From the NCBI RefSeq assembly GCF_006345805.1, contig NC_043015.1, positions 25,916,001-25,980,000 of the forward strand: a stretch of DNA of 64,000 nt, written 5' to 3'. The stretch comes from Octopus sinensis (lineage: Eukaryota). The translations under genes and the position numbers were made by a program. Positions 16,401-30,280 of the stretch are shown here, in pieces (position 1 is the first letter of the stretch; every line of letters starts with the position of its first letter). Under the pieces are notes generated by a model that was given only the letters and a program-made list of their open reading frames with translations, did no database searches and had not been told where the DNA came from.

Positions 16401-19400
16401 TTTTCATATATCATATCATATCATTTTCATATCATATCATATCATATCATTTTCATATCATATCATATCATATCATTTTCATATCATATCATATCATATC
16501 AATTTCATATCATATCATATCATTTTCATATCATATCATTATCATTCTCATGTCATATCTATCATTATCATTTTCATATCATATCATATCATGTCATTAT
16601 CATTTTCATATCATAACATTATTATTTTCATATATCATATCATTATCATTTTCATATCATATCATATCATTATCATTTTCATATCATATCATATCATTAT
16701 CATTTTCATATCATATCATATCATATCATTATCATTTTCATATCATATCATATCATTATCATTTTCATATCATATCATATCATTATCATTTTCATATCAT
16801 ATCATATCATATCATTTTCATATCATATCATATCATATCATTTTCATATAATATCATATCATATCATTTTCATATCATATCCTATAATATCATTTTCATA
16901 TCATATCATATCATTATCATTTTAATATCATATCTTTGTCATTTTCATATCATATCATATCATTTTCAAATCATATCATTATCATTTTCATATCATATCA
17001 TTTCATATTATTATCATTTTCATATCATATCATATCATTATCATTTTCATATCATATCTTTATCATTTTCATATCATATCATATCATTTTCAAATCATAT
17101 CATTATCATTTCCATATCATATCTTATCATATCATTATCATTTTCATATTATATCATTATCATTTTCATATCATATCATTATCATTTTCATATCATATCA
17201 TATCATTTTCATATCATATCATTATCATTTTCATATCATAGCATATCATTATCATTTTCATATCATATCATTATCATTTTCATATCATATCATTATATAT
17301 CATTACAATTTTCATATCATATCATATCATATCATTATCATTTTCATATCATATCATATCATTGTCATTTTCATATCATATCATATCATTATCATTTTCA
17401 TATCATATCATATCATTATCATTTACATATCATATCATTATCATTTTCATATCATATTATTATTTTCATATCATATCATATAATTTTCATATCATTTCAT
17501 TATCATTTTCATATTTCATATATCATTATCATTTTCATATCATATCATTATCATTTTCATATCATATCATATCATTATCATTTTCATATCATATAATATC
17601 ATATCATTATCTTTTTCATATCAGATCATAACATATCATTACAATTTTCATATCATATCATATCATTATCATTTTCATATCATATCATATCTTTATCATT
17701 TTCATATCATGTCATATCATTATCATTTTCATATCATATCATTATCATTTTCATGTCATATCATATCATTATCATTTTTATATCATATCATATCATATCA
17801 TTATCATTTTCATATCATAACATATCATTATCATATCATATCATATCATATCATTATCATTTTCATATCATATGATATCAGTATCATTTTCATATCATAT
17901 CATATCATTTTCATTTTCATATCATTATCATTTTCATATCATATCATATCATTATCATTTTCATAACATATCATATCATTATCATTTTCATATCATATCA
18001 TATCATTTGCATATCATATCATTATCATTTTCATATCCGATCATAACATATCATTATCATTTTCATATCATATCATATCATTAACATTTTCATATCATAT
18101 CATATCATTATCATTTACATATCATATCATTATCATTTTCATATCATATAATTATTTTCATATCATATCATATAATTTTCATATCATTTTATTATCATTT
18201 TCATATTTCTTATAACATTATCATTTTCATATCATATCATTATCATTTTCATATCATATCATATCATTATCATTTTCATATCATATCATATAATATCATA
18301 TCATTATCTTTTTCATATCAAATCATATCATTATCATTTTCATATCATATCATATCATTATCATTTTCATATCATATCTTTGTCATTTTCATATCATATC
18401 ATATCATTTTCAAATCATATCATTATCATTTTCATATCATATCATACCATATTATTATCATTTTCATATCATATCATATCATTATCATTTTCATATCATA
18501 TCTTTATCATTTTCATATCATATCATATCATTTTCAAATCATATCATTATCATTTTCATATCATATCTTATCATATCATTATCATTTTCATATTATATCA
18601 TTATCATTTTCATATCATATCATTATCATTTTTATATCATATCATATCATTTTCATATCATATCATTATCATTTTCATATCATAGCATATCATTATCATT
18701 TTCATATCATATCATTATCATTTTCATATCATATCATATCATAACATATCATTACAATTTTCATATCATATCATATCATATCATTATCATTTTCATATCA
18801 TATCATATCATTATCATTTTCATATCATATCATATCATTATCATTTTCATATCATATCATATCATTATCATTTACATATCATATCATTATCATTTTCATA
18901 TCATATTATTATTTTCATATCATATCATTTCATTATCATTTTCATATTTCATATATCATTATCATTTTCATATCATATCATTATCATTTTTATATCATAT
19001 CATATCATTATCATTTTCATATCATATAATATCATATCATTATCTTTTTCATATCAAATCATATCATTATCATTTTCATATCATATCATATCATTATCAT
19101 TTTCATATCATATCATATCATTATCATTTTCATATCATATCTTTATCATTTCCATATCATATCATATATTTTTCAAATCATATCATTATCATTTTCATAT
19201 CATATCATATCATATCATTATCATTTTCATATCATATTATATCATTATCATTTTCATATCATATCATATCATTATCATTTTCATAACATATCATATATCA
19301 TTATCATTTTCATATCATATCATATCATTTTCATTTTCATATCATATCATATCATAACATTATCATATCATATCATATCATATCATTATCATTTTCATAT

Positions 19401-21114
19401 CATATCATATCATTATCATTTTCATATCATATCATATCATATCATTATCATTTTCATATCATATCATATCATATCATTATCATTTTCATATCATATCATA
19501 TCATTATCGTTTTCATATATCATATCATATCATTTTCATATCATATCAATCATATCATTTCATTATCATCATATCATATCATTATCATTTCTTATCATAT
19601 CATATCATTTTCATATCATATCATATCATATCATTTTCATATCATATCATATTATTTTCATATCATATCATATCATATCATTTTTATATCATATCATATC
19701 ATATCATTTTCATATCATATCATTATCATTTTCATATCATATCATATCATTATCATTTTCATATCATATGATATCATTATCATTTTCATATCATATCATT
19801 AACATTTTCATATAATTATCATTATCATTTTCATATCACATCATATCATATCATAATCATTTTCATATCATATCATTATCATTTTCATATCTTTTTCATA
19901 TCATATCATTATCATTTTCATATCATACCATTATCATTTTCATATCATATCATTATCATATCATTATCATTTTCATATCATATCATATCATATCATTATC
20001 ATTTTCATATCATATCATATCATATTATTATCATTTTCATATCGTATATCATTATCATTTTCATATCATATCATTATCATTATCATATCATATTATTATC
20101 ATTTTCATATCATATCATTATCATTTTCATATCATATCATTATCATTTTCATATCATATCATTATCATTTTCATATCATATCATATCATTATCATTTTCA
20201 TATCATTATCATATCATATCATTATCATTTTCATATCATATCATATCATTATCATTTTCATAACATATCATATCATATCATTATCATTTTCATATCATAT
20301 CATATCATATCATTATCATTTTCATATCATATCATTATCATTTTCATATCATATCATATCATTATCATTTTCATATCATTATCATATCATTATCATTTTC
20401 ATATCATATCATTATCATTTTCATATCATATCATTATCATTTTCGTATCATATCATATCATATCATTATCATTTTCATATCATATTATTATCATTTTCAT
20501 ATCATATCATATCATATCATTATCATTTTCATATCATTATCATTTTCATATCATATCATATCATATCATTATAATTTTCATATAATATCATATCATTATC
20601 ATTTTCCTATCATATCATATCATATCATTATCATTTTCCTATCATATCATATCATTATCATTTTCATATCATATCATATCATATCATTATCATTTTCATA
20701 TCATATCATATCATTATCATTTTCATATATCATATCATATCATTTTCATATCATATCATATCATATCATTTTCATATCATATCATATCATATCATTTTCA
20801 TATCATATCATATCATATCATTTTCATATCATATCATATCATATCATTTTCATATCATATCATATCATTTTCATATCATTTTCATATCATATCATTTTTA
20901 TATCATATCATATCATAACATTTTCATATCTTACCATTATCATTTTCATATCATATCATATCATTATAATTTTCATATCATATCATATCATTATCATTTT
21001 CATATCATATCTTTAACATTTTCATATCATTATCATTATCATTTTCATATCATATCATATCATATCATAATAATTTTCATATCATGTCATAATCATTTTC
21101 ATATCATATCATAT
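1426..21114. repeat. Giant satellite, domain A: ATATC / ATTATC / ATTTTC units
   Basis: Continuous array, almost G-free on the + strand. Begins (ATT)4-ATC, then runs of ATATC interspersed with ATTATC-ATTTTC and lone ATTTTC. Confidence 0.98.
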
Positions 21115-23733
21115 CATCATCTTATAATATCATATCATATCATATCATATCATATCATATCATCATATCATATCATCATATCATATCATCATATCATGGC
21201 ATCTTATCATATCATATCATCATATCATTAAATCATATCATATCATCATATCATATCATATCATCATATCATATCATATCATCATATCATATCATATCAT
21301 CATAACATATCATATCATCATATCATCATATCATATCATATCATCATATCATATCATCATATCATCATATCATATCATATCATCATATCATATCATCATA
21401 TCATATCATATCATCATATCATCATATCATATCATATCATCATATCATATCATCATATCATCATTTCATATCATATCATATCATCATATCATCATATCAT
21501 ATCATATCATCATATCATCATATCATATCATATCATCATATCATCATATCATATCATATCATCATATCATCATATCATATCATCATATCATTTCATATCA
21601 TCATATCATATCATATCATATCATATTATATCATCATATCATGTCATATCATCATATCATATCATCATATCATATCATATCATCATATCATATCATATCA
21701 TATCATCATATCATATCATATCATCATATCATATCATATCATCATATCATATCATATCATATCATATCATATCATATCATATCATCATATCATATATCAT
21801 ATCATATATCATCATATCATATCATCATCATATCATATCATATCGTATCATATCATCATATCATCATCATATCATCATCATATCATCATCATATCATCAT
21901 ATCATATCATCATATCTTATCATATCATCATATCATCATATCATCATCATATCTACATCATATCATTATATCATCATCATATCATCATATCATCATATCA
22001 TATCATATCATCATATCATCATCATATCATCATCCTATCATCATATCATATCATACCATCATATCATCATCATATCATCATCATCTCATCATATCATCAT
22101 ATCATCATCATATCATCATCATATCATCATCATATCATCATCATCATATCATATCATATATCATATCATATCATATCATATCATCATATCATATCATCAT
22201 ATCATATCATCATCATATCATATATCATATCATATCATCATCATATCATATCATATCATATCATCATCATATCATATCATCATGATATCATATCATATCA
22301 TCATCATATCATATCATATCATCATCATATCATATCATATCATCATCATTTCATCATCATATCATCATCATATCATCATCATATCATATATCATATCATA
22401 TCATATCATCATATCATCATATCATATCATATCATATCATCATATCATATCATATCATCATCATATCATATCATATCATATCATATCATATAATTATCAT
22501 ATCATATCATATCATATCATCATATCATCATCATATCATATCATATCATTATTATATCATATCATATCATCATCATATCATATCATATCATATCATATCA
22601 TCATATCCTATCATATCATATCATCATATCATATCATCATATCATCATCATATCATATCATATCATATCATATCATATCATCATCATATCATATCATCAT
22701 ATCATCATCATATCATCATCATGTCATATCATCATCATATCATATCATAATCATATCATATCATATCATCATCATATAATATCATATCATATCATATCAT
22801 ATCATATCATCATATCATATCATCATATCATATCATCATATCATGTCATCATATCATATCATATCATCATATCATCAAATCATATCATATCATCATATCA
22901 TATCATCATATCATCATATCATATCATCATATCATATCATCATATCATATCATCATATCATCATATCATATCATATCATCATATCATATCATATCATCAT
23001 ATCATCATATCATATCATATCATATCATCATATCAGCATATCATATATCATCATATCATATCATATCATCATATCATCATATCATATCATCATATCATAT
23101 CATATCATCATATCATACCATATCATCATATCATCATATCATATCATCATATCATATCATATCATCATATCATATCATATCATCATATCATCATATCATA
23201 TCATATCATCATATCATCATATCATATCATATCATCATATCATCATATCATATCATATCATCATATCATCATATCATATCATCATATCATCATATCATCA
23301 TATCATATCATCATATCATTTCATATCATCATATCATATCATATCATATCATATTATATCATCATATCATGTCATATCATCATATCATATCATATCATCA
23401 TATCATATCATATCATATCATCATATCATATCATATCATCATATCATATCATATCATCATATCATATCATCATATCATATCATATCATATCATATCATCA
23501 TATCATATATCATATCATATATCATCATATCATATCATCATATCTTATCATATCATATCATCATATCATATCATCATATCATATCATATCATATCATCAT
23601 ATCATATCATATCATCATATCATATCATATCATCATATCATATCATCATATCATATCATATCATCATATCATATCATATCATCATATCATATCATATCAT
23701 ATCATATCATATCATATCATATCATATCATATC
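21115..23733. repeat. Giant satellite, domain B: ATATC / ATC units
   Basis: ATTTTC units disappear after ~21100; the array is ATATC mixed with ATC. It ends abruptly at 23733 before AAGGCGG. Confidence 0.97.
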
Positions 23734-23946
23734 AAGGCGGTTAACTGTCAGAATTGTTAGCGCGCTGGACGATCATGGTTTGCGGTATTTCGCCCGTCGC
23801 TACCTTTTGAGTTGAAATTCCGCCGAGTGGTCGACTTTACCTTTCATCTTTTCGGATTCTAGTAAATTAGTACCAATTGAATATTATGGTCGATGTAATC
23901 GACTCATACACACCACCCCCAAGCTGCCCTGTTGGCGAAAATTTGA
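23734..23946 (+). mobile_element. SINE family A copy (diverged)
   Basis: AAGGCGG..CAGAAT.GTTAGC...GAGTT.AAATTCCGCCGAG..GTCGACTTT.CCTTTCATC.TTTCGG...AGTACCA...GGTCGATGTAATCGACT, homologous to copies at 43611, 44528 and 56426. Ends in an AAT/ATT tail. Confidence 0.8.
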
Positions 23947-23984
23947 AATAATAATAATAATATTTATTATTATTATTTACTTTT

Positions 23985-24600
23985 AATCTTCATGCTTGTT
24001 ACTATCACTTGCCGAGACACACCCGGCGTCCTGGGACGAGTGACGGATAAGAGATGTTACAGTATGACTGGAAGTGTGGGGGAGGGGAAGTGACAGGGGT
24101 AGTAGCGAAATATTTTCATATAGAACGAGAGAGACATTTAAATTGATAGTGTTTTTCTAAAGAGGTGGGTAGTAATCGTCAGCACAATCTTTTTGATTTC
24201 TCTGAGACATGGTTCTCCTGGGATATTATCAAGATGTTTTTGACATCCCTTTATTATCATACCTAGAGCACCCACAATGACTGGAACAATTCTCACTTTA
24301 AGATGCCACATCTTTTGTATTTCAAATTCCATGTCCTTCTATTTACTTAATTTGTCAAATTCCTTTACAGGTATATCCTTATCAGTGGGTACACTTACGT
24401 CTGTTAGTCTACAAGTATTTCCTACAGCCTTTAATGACTATGTCTGGTCGATTAGCCTGGATCGTTGTGTCGGTGTTGATTGGAAAACCCCAGAGGATAG
24501 TGTCATTATTATCTTCAATTACTTGCTCAAAATACATTGCGTTTGTTCTGATCGCTAGCTGATGATTGCAACTCGTTGATGACTAGTAACTATTCAGAAA
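23985..24600 (-). mobile_element. R4/Dong-clade 3' fragment: restriction-like endonuclease domain plus 3' UTR
   Basis: Minus strand: VIEDNNDTILWGFPINTDTTIQANRPDIVIK / DVSVPTDKDIPVKEFDKLSK*KDMEFEIQKMWHLKVRIVPVIVGALG, a PD-(D/E)xK RLE signature. About 150 nt of UTR follow, then TAATAATAAT. Confidence 0.88.
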
Positions 24601-24746
24601 CCCAGTTCAGTGTGTATCAAGTAATTCTAGAGATGGAAACGATGATTTCCCTTCGGAAATGCTAATCGGTGACAGACAGTGTGTTATTAGCCAGCTGGAG
24701 ATTCCGTGCTGCTACTGTTTACGTCTCGCTCAGAGATTTAATTTTG

Positions 24747-24788
<42 letters not shown>

Positions 24789-26539
24789 ATACTAAAAGTA
24801 AGGATTACTCCGGGGAAGCAATATCATTACCTTTAATTCTATAATTATATACAGAAATATATATATATATATATATTGTATATATATAAATACAAGAGTT
24901 GAGATGTATAAATATATATATGTAAAACACACGCACACACACATACACACAGACACATATATATATATATACGTCTGTATATGTATATACACGTCTTCAC
25001 CTATACAATATCAATATATATATATATATATACATACACGTTATACCTGCAGATATTTCAATGTATGCGTGCGCTTGAGTGTGAGTATGGAATTAATACC
25101 AAATTATGATATGAGATACTGTCAAATCTAACGGTTTCAATCATGTCAACAAATACTGGCGAAATGATAACAGAGATAAGCATCAGAATCCAACTTTATT
25201 TTTGTCAATCAGAATGTCTATTTGTCTGGCTTTCTCTTTGTCCGTCTCTCCCTCTTTCTCTTTGTAGGTAGTTTTGAAATATAAGGGCTTTGATCGAGTT
25301 TAAAAGGAAAACACAACAGAACAATAGAGACTAGATACATTCTCATATGTGGCAATCTAATATAACAAAAGTGTATAAAAGTGTAAAAGAAACACTGCTC
25401 TTCGAAATCATTGTGTTTTCTAATGTTTGATATTTTAGTTTTTGATAAAATCATTTTAATGCCAAAAACGGTATCGGTGTTAGGGTGAGTAAAGACATGA
25501 TACTGAAAAAAGAGATAAAACAGTACGAAATATATTTGGCCTTCTATAAAAGGAGTTAAAAACAAAAGCTGAACTATAAACACGATTTATACATTAATGA
25601 TGTGTCTGATTCGAAATTATACACAGTTAACTTTACGCTTCATATTTTTGTGACGGGTTAGGGTATTATTTCAATAGCAGAATACGGTGTGAATGTGAGC
25701 ACGTGTGTGTATAGTATATACGTGTGTGTGTGTGTGTGTGTGTATACATTAATAACATAAAGGGGAATGCGCGTATGTGTGTATATATACATAAATAAAT
25801 ACATATATATACAAACATAGATCTTAATAACATTATAACAAAAATATGTATATATATATATATATATATATCGACAACAAAACGACAGAACAATAGACAG
25901 ACAGACAGACAGATAAACAGATGATAGATACATAGAAAGAGGAGAATCTTTTAACACATCAGTTTAGATAAGGTTATTCTCATAGGTATATTTTGAAAAG
26001 AAATGCTTCAAAAGAACACACACTCATATGTGTGTGTGCGTGTGTATATATATTGTATATGTATATGCGTATGTGCTTGTGCATATATATGTATGCACAT
26101 ATATTTATGGGCAAATATAGCAGAATGTATGCATATATATGTATGTATGTATGTATGTATATACCTATGCCTATGTTTCTATCTATCTGTTTATATGTGT
26201 GAGTGTGCGTGTGTGTGTGAGTAATATGCAAGGTCTACATAACACAATAGGGAAATTTTACAATGCAGCTAGCTATCAGAAAATAATGTATTTTTGATAC
26301 AATAATATATTGCTATTTAAACATATTGTTAAATATTTTTTTTAAATGACTATTTATTCATCCTTCGTTTATAACTTCTTATGAAGGGGTTTTTGAAGCG
26401 AACAACATTCTTGTTTTCCGTATATCTGAGCAGCTGGAATTGTTGTCAACTTCTGCACACCTATTACTGGCTCAAAGAATATCCTATCAAAATACCATAG
26501 AAATCGGCGGATGTACTTGAACCAGTGCTCAATGGCATA

Positions 26540-26645
26540 TTCAGGAAACCCTGTCTGTGTGTCTGCAAATTTTCAAAGCTTTTGCATCCTGATATCCTTT
26601 GCCTAAATGTTTCTCTACAATCTCCTTCTGGTGTCGTTTTACCAT
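26540..26645 (-). mobile_element. Possible Tc1-like transposase N-terminal HTH remnant
   Basis: MVKRHQKEIVEKHLGKGYQDAKALKICRHT resembles Tc1 N-termini (IVExHxxGxGYxxIxKxL). Short, no TIR found. Confidence 0.3.
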
Positions 26646-26646
26646 G

Positions 26647-26790
<144 letters not shown>

Positions 26791-27059
26791 TGAGCTACTT
26801 CACACACAGACACAAAAAAATAATAATAAATACATGAAGCTATACAACTGAAAACATTCCAGACACTCAGCACATGTTGAGAGTGAACAACCCTGTCCAG
26901 TAATAATGACCTGCAGTTGCGGTGAAAGGAAATCATTAAGTTTTTATTGAGCAAATCTCTTTTGAAAAACGTTCAAAGAACATAGTTTCACCCTCTTAGT
27001 TGTTTCTGGTTTAGGATGAAGATCAGCAATTTTGATGGATGGCGTCTTGTCAAAACCAT

Positions 27060-27230
27060 CGATTGCAGTGTTTGATTGTCACTTTCTTTTATCGACCTCG
27101 ATAGGAAGAAAGGTGGGCTTAGCCTCGATGGGATTTCAACTGAAGGCTTAAAGTCTCAAGAGAAATAAAGCAAAGGATTTTGTCGGATACCATAACGAGT
27201 CTGCCAATGCACCAGTCTTGCGACTAATCT
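27060..27230 (-). mobile_element. Degraded SINE family A copy
   Basis: CTTTATCGACCTCG..AGGA.GAAAGG...CTTAGCCTCG..GGGATTT.AACT matches the reverse complement of the family A core. Confidence 0.45.
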
Positions 27231-27699
27231 AGAAATTTAACAAGCAAAAGCAGACAAAATTTGTAGAAAATATTGAAGTCAAATATATTATTAAAAATAT
27301 AACGTAACAGATATTTAATAAAATATAATTCTCTTTATTTTTCTTTTGGCATGATATATTTACAATTTCTATGTATACATATTTTTACATGACATTTCTC
27401 TGATGGCTTTCATTTCGGATTAGTTACGCTACAGTACAGGAGCAGCTTTCTATTCTAAAATAGATTATTTTCATAGCTTCATTATTCTCTTACACTTCGT
27501 TGTTTCGTCAATCAAAATATATTTTCGCCATGTTGGATAACACTTCGGCAGTAATTCATTTGTCTCTATTTTTTTTGGTTACATTTCTGTTTTCTCAAGG
27601 TTAGTTTCCCTTTCTACATTTTGTAGAAATTTTAGCTTTAAGGTAAATTATCGGTACCACCACAAACAAGCATCACCAATATCACCACTGCCACCACCA

Positions 27700-28890
27700 A
27701 CATGTGTTGTGATGGTAATGAGATGAGGAAAGATTATCAGGACAAAAGGCATACGTTTGCCAACTGGTGAAATGATGAAGGCAGTTCAACCTTAATCCAG
27801 CTATAAGTACCCGGGAATACTTGAGGCAAATGGAACCAAACACCAGGACATGGAGGAAAAGACAAAAAGAGAGTACCTGCGGAGAGTAGGACAAATATTG
27901 GCTTCAAAGTCGCAGTATCTCTGTATGGTGCTGGAATCCCGAAGTGGACAGAGAATGAGCTAAAGATGGATAGGAAGTCAAGAAAGTCCCTAACATGACA
28001 TGGAGCCCATCATACATGTGCAGATACCGATCGCCTATACACGAAGAGAGCAACTTGCAGAAGAGGATTGATAAGTGTGGAAGACTGCGTGTGTATCGAA
28101 CTCGAGAGCGTAATGAAATACCTAGCTCAAAGTAAAGAAACCTTGTTAGTATCATTCAGTAACGAGGGAGTATTGAAATTTTAAAAAAAATGGAAAAAGA
28201 AAGGAAGAAATACAGAAAGGACATGGAGAAGGATTACGCAAGAAGGGACCACAATCAATTCCATGTAGCCACATCAGAAGTTGCTGGGGAAAATAGTTGA
28301 GATTGGCTGATGAAAGGAACAATAAAAAAAGAGACCGGAATCACTATACTGGCAGCACTACACCAAGCTTTGGCCACGAACTGGCGGGTCAACCTTTGGA
28401 ATGAGCAATTGTCCGTGCTGTGCCGCATCTGTAATAGAGTGGGTGAAACCATTTCTCATATCACAAAATAATCCCTTAGACTTGCCCCAAACTGTGCGAC
28501 CATGCGATAGGAACCAGATATAGTGTTAATTGAAAAAGAAAGCAAACGATGCTGAATCATAGATATAGCATACCAAGCTGACAATAAGGTATGCGAGAAG
28601 GAAGAAAAAAAGTTGATAGATATAACAAGTTAGCTAGGGAGGTTAAGCAGTTGTGGTCGCTGAAAATGGTGGTAGTAGTACCAATAATTGTCGGAGCCCT
28701 GAGAACAGTGAGTAAAATCTTGAGAAGTACATGGAACAAATAGGGGCTGTAATAAGGATGGTGCACTTTCAGAATACAGCACTACTTGGAACCGCTCGAA
28801 TACTCCGGATGGTATTCGAAAAATGAAAGGTGTTACCTTAGTTCACTGGTAGTGAATAACTGACACGTAGTAGATCTCCAGCGTTAGAAG
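27700..28890 (+). mobile_element. R4/Dong-clade 3' portion (end of RT, CCHC knuckle, RLE), pseudogenised
   Basis: Translations: GKIIRTKGIRLPTGEMMK..SYKYPGILEANGTKHQDMEEKTKREYLRRV; MDRKSRKSLT*HGAHH..DTDRLYTKR; GRGLISVEDC; CRICNRVGETISHI; PDIVLIEKESKRC*IIDIA; EVKQLWSLKMVVVVPIIVGAL. Multiple stops and frameshifts. Confidence 0.9.
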
Positions 28891-28948
28891 CTGTGAAAAG
28901 ACAACAAAAACAACAACAACAACAACAACAACAACAATAATAATAATA

Positions 28949-28979
<31 letters not shown>

Positions 28980-28984
28980 TAATA

Positions 28985-29017
<33 letters not shown>

Positions 29018-29045
29018 ACAATAGCAACAACAATAATAATAATAG
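28891..29045. repeat. (CAA)n-(TAA)n tail/target tract of the R4/Dong copy
   Basis: Directly follows the element's 3' UTR. Confidence 0.9.
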
Positions 29046-29212
29046 ACAAGAGGTAGTGTGCGATGCGATTACAATAGATATCGCTTGACTGGAAAGTTCA
29101 AATAATGGTGTGGATATATATGTATATATATGCATATATATATCCACACATATACATATATACACTCATACACACACACACATATATATATATTCATTTA
29201 TACATGTGTGTG

Positions 29213-29250
<38 letters not shown>

Positions 29251-29340
29251 AGGCGCAAACGTGGCTGTATGGTAACAAGCTTGCCTCACAACCAGATGAT
29301 TTTGGGGTCAGTCCCATTGCGTGGAACCTTGGGCAGGTGT
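29251..29340 (+). mobile_element. SINE family B, tRNA-like head only
   Basis: AGGCGC..GTGGCTGT.TGGTAA.AAGCTTGC...CAACCA.ATG....GGG.TCAGTCCCA.TGCGTGG.ACCTTGGGCA.GTGT, with A/B-box-like pol III motifs; sits in a (TA)n tract. Confidence 0.7.
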
Positions 29341-29418
29341 AAAGCCCGTCGTGTGTGAGTGTGTGTATGTGAGTGTGTTTGTGTGTGTGTGCGTGCGTGC
29401 GTGTGTGTGTGTGTAAAA

Positions 29419-29510
29419 GGGTTTAGAGGGCTCATCACAATCATGAGATAGTGAGTTCGATTCTCGGACGGGGATGTATGTTGTGTTCTTGAACAAAACT
29501 CACTCTATTT
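29419..29510 (+). mobile_element. tRNA-derived SINE head
   Basis: B-box-like GTTCGATTC at 29455-29463, followed by TTGTGTTCTTGAACAAAAC, typical of tRNA-SINE bodies. No intact cloverleaf. Confidence 0.5.
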
Positions 29511-30101
29511 CATTTGATTAAAGTATATTCCCTGACGAGTAGCTAGCGGGTTACTTCTCGTTTGATCAATTACTACTTCCAATGTTCTGTTAGGAAACAT
29601 AGAGCCTGGATTTTATAAACTCTATTCCCTGATTTGGGATTTATAGTCACTCGCACAAAACAACCCCTGCTGCTAACCGTAACATATAAAACAATCTGTT
29701 CAGCTTATCGAACTTCGATACAGGAAAAATGTACAACCTTCTATGTAGATAAACAACTTTTGTTACTGAAAGTTGTTTTTATAACTCCTACGGACTGCTT
29801 GAAGCTTACTAAAATCCGACATCTTGGTCCTTGCACCTCACTTTTACATATACTCGTATGCGTACACACACATACGCATAAGCGCGCGTGCACATGCACA
29901 CACATATATATATGTATGTATGCTAATATCAAAGAGTAAGAACGAGTCCTCAACACCGTATTGATCAATATGCATTCATTATTTCTGGGTTAACAATGTA
30001 ATTAATGGTTTCATGTGGAATGATATTCTTAATAGTCCAAGCGTGCCACATGGAAATGTTGGGACTCCACTCCATTTTGGATGAGAATGTATATATATGT
30101 G

Positions 30102-30104
<3 letters not shown>

Positions 30105-30167
<63 letters not shown>

Positions 30168-30224
30168 TATGTATGTATGTAAGTATGTATATGTATGTTG
30201 TATGTATGTATGTATGTATGTATG

Positions 30225-30258
<34 letters not shown>

Positions 30259-30280
30259 TAGAGAGAGAGAGAGAGAGAGC
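30105..30280. repeat. (TA)n-(TATG)n-(GA)n compound microsatellite
   Basis: Direct reading of the sequence. Confidence 0.95.

Noticed and set aside
1426-23733. Satellite as a CRISPR array or telomeric repeat
   Set aside because: No unique spacers and no cas genes; the unit is not a G-rich telomere motif and is flanked internally by TEs.
1385-23815. Many long + strand ORFs (up to 770 aa) of I/S/Y/H/F
   Set aside because: The G-free ATATC satellite rarely forms stop codons. Several frames are open at once and there is no domain content.
25218-25583. 121-aa minus-strand ORF, with splice-like signals on both strands near 25484-25503
   Set aside because: AT-rich, no recognisable domain, conflicting strand signals.
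29419-29480. Functional tRNA gene
   Set aside because: B-box present but no complete cloverleaf, and it continues into SINE body sequence.
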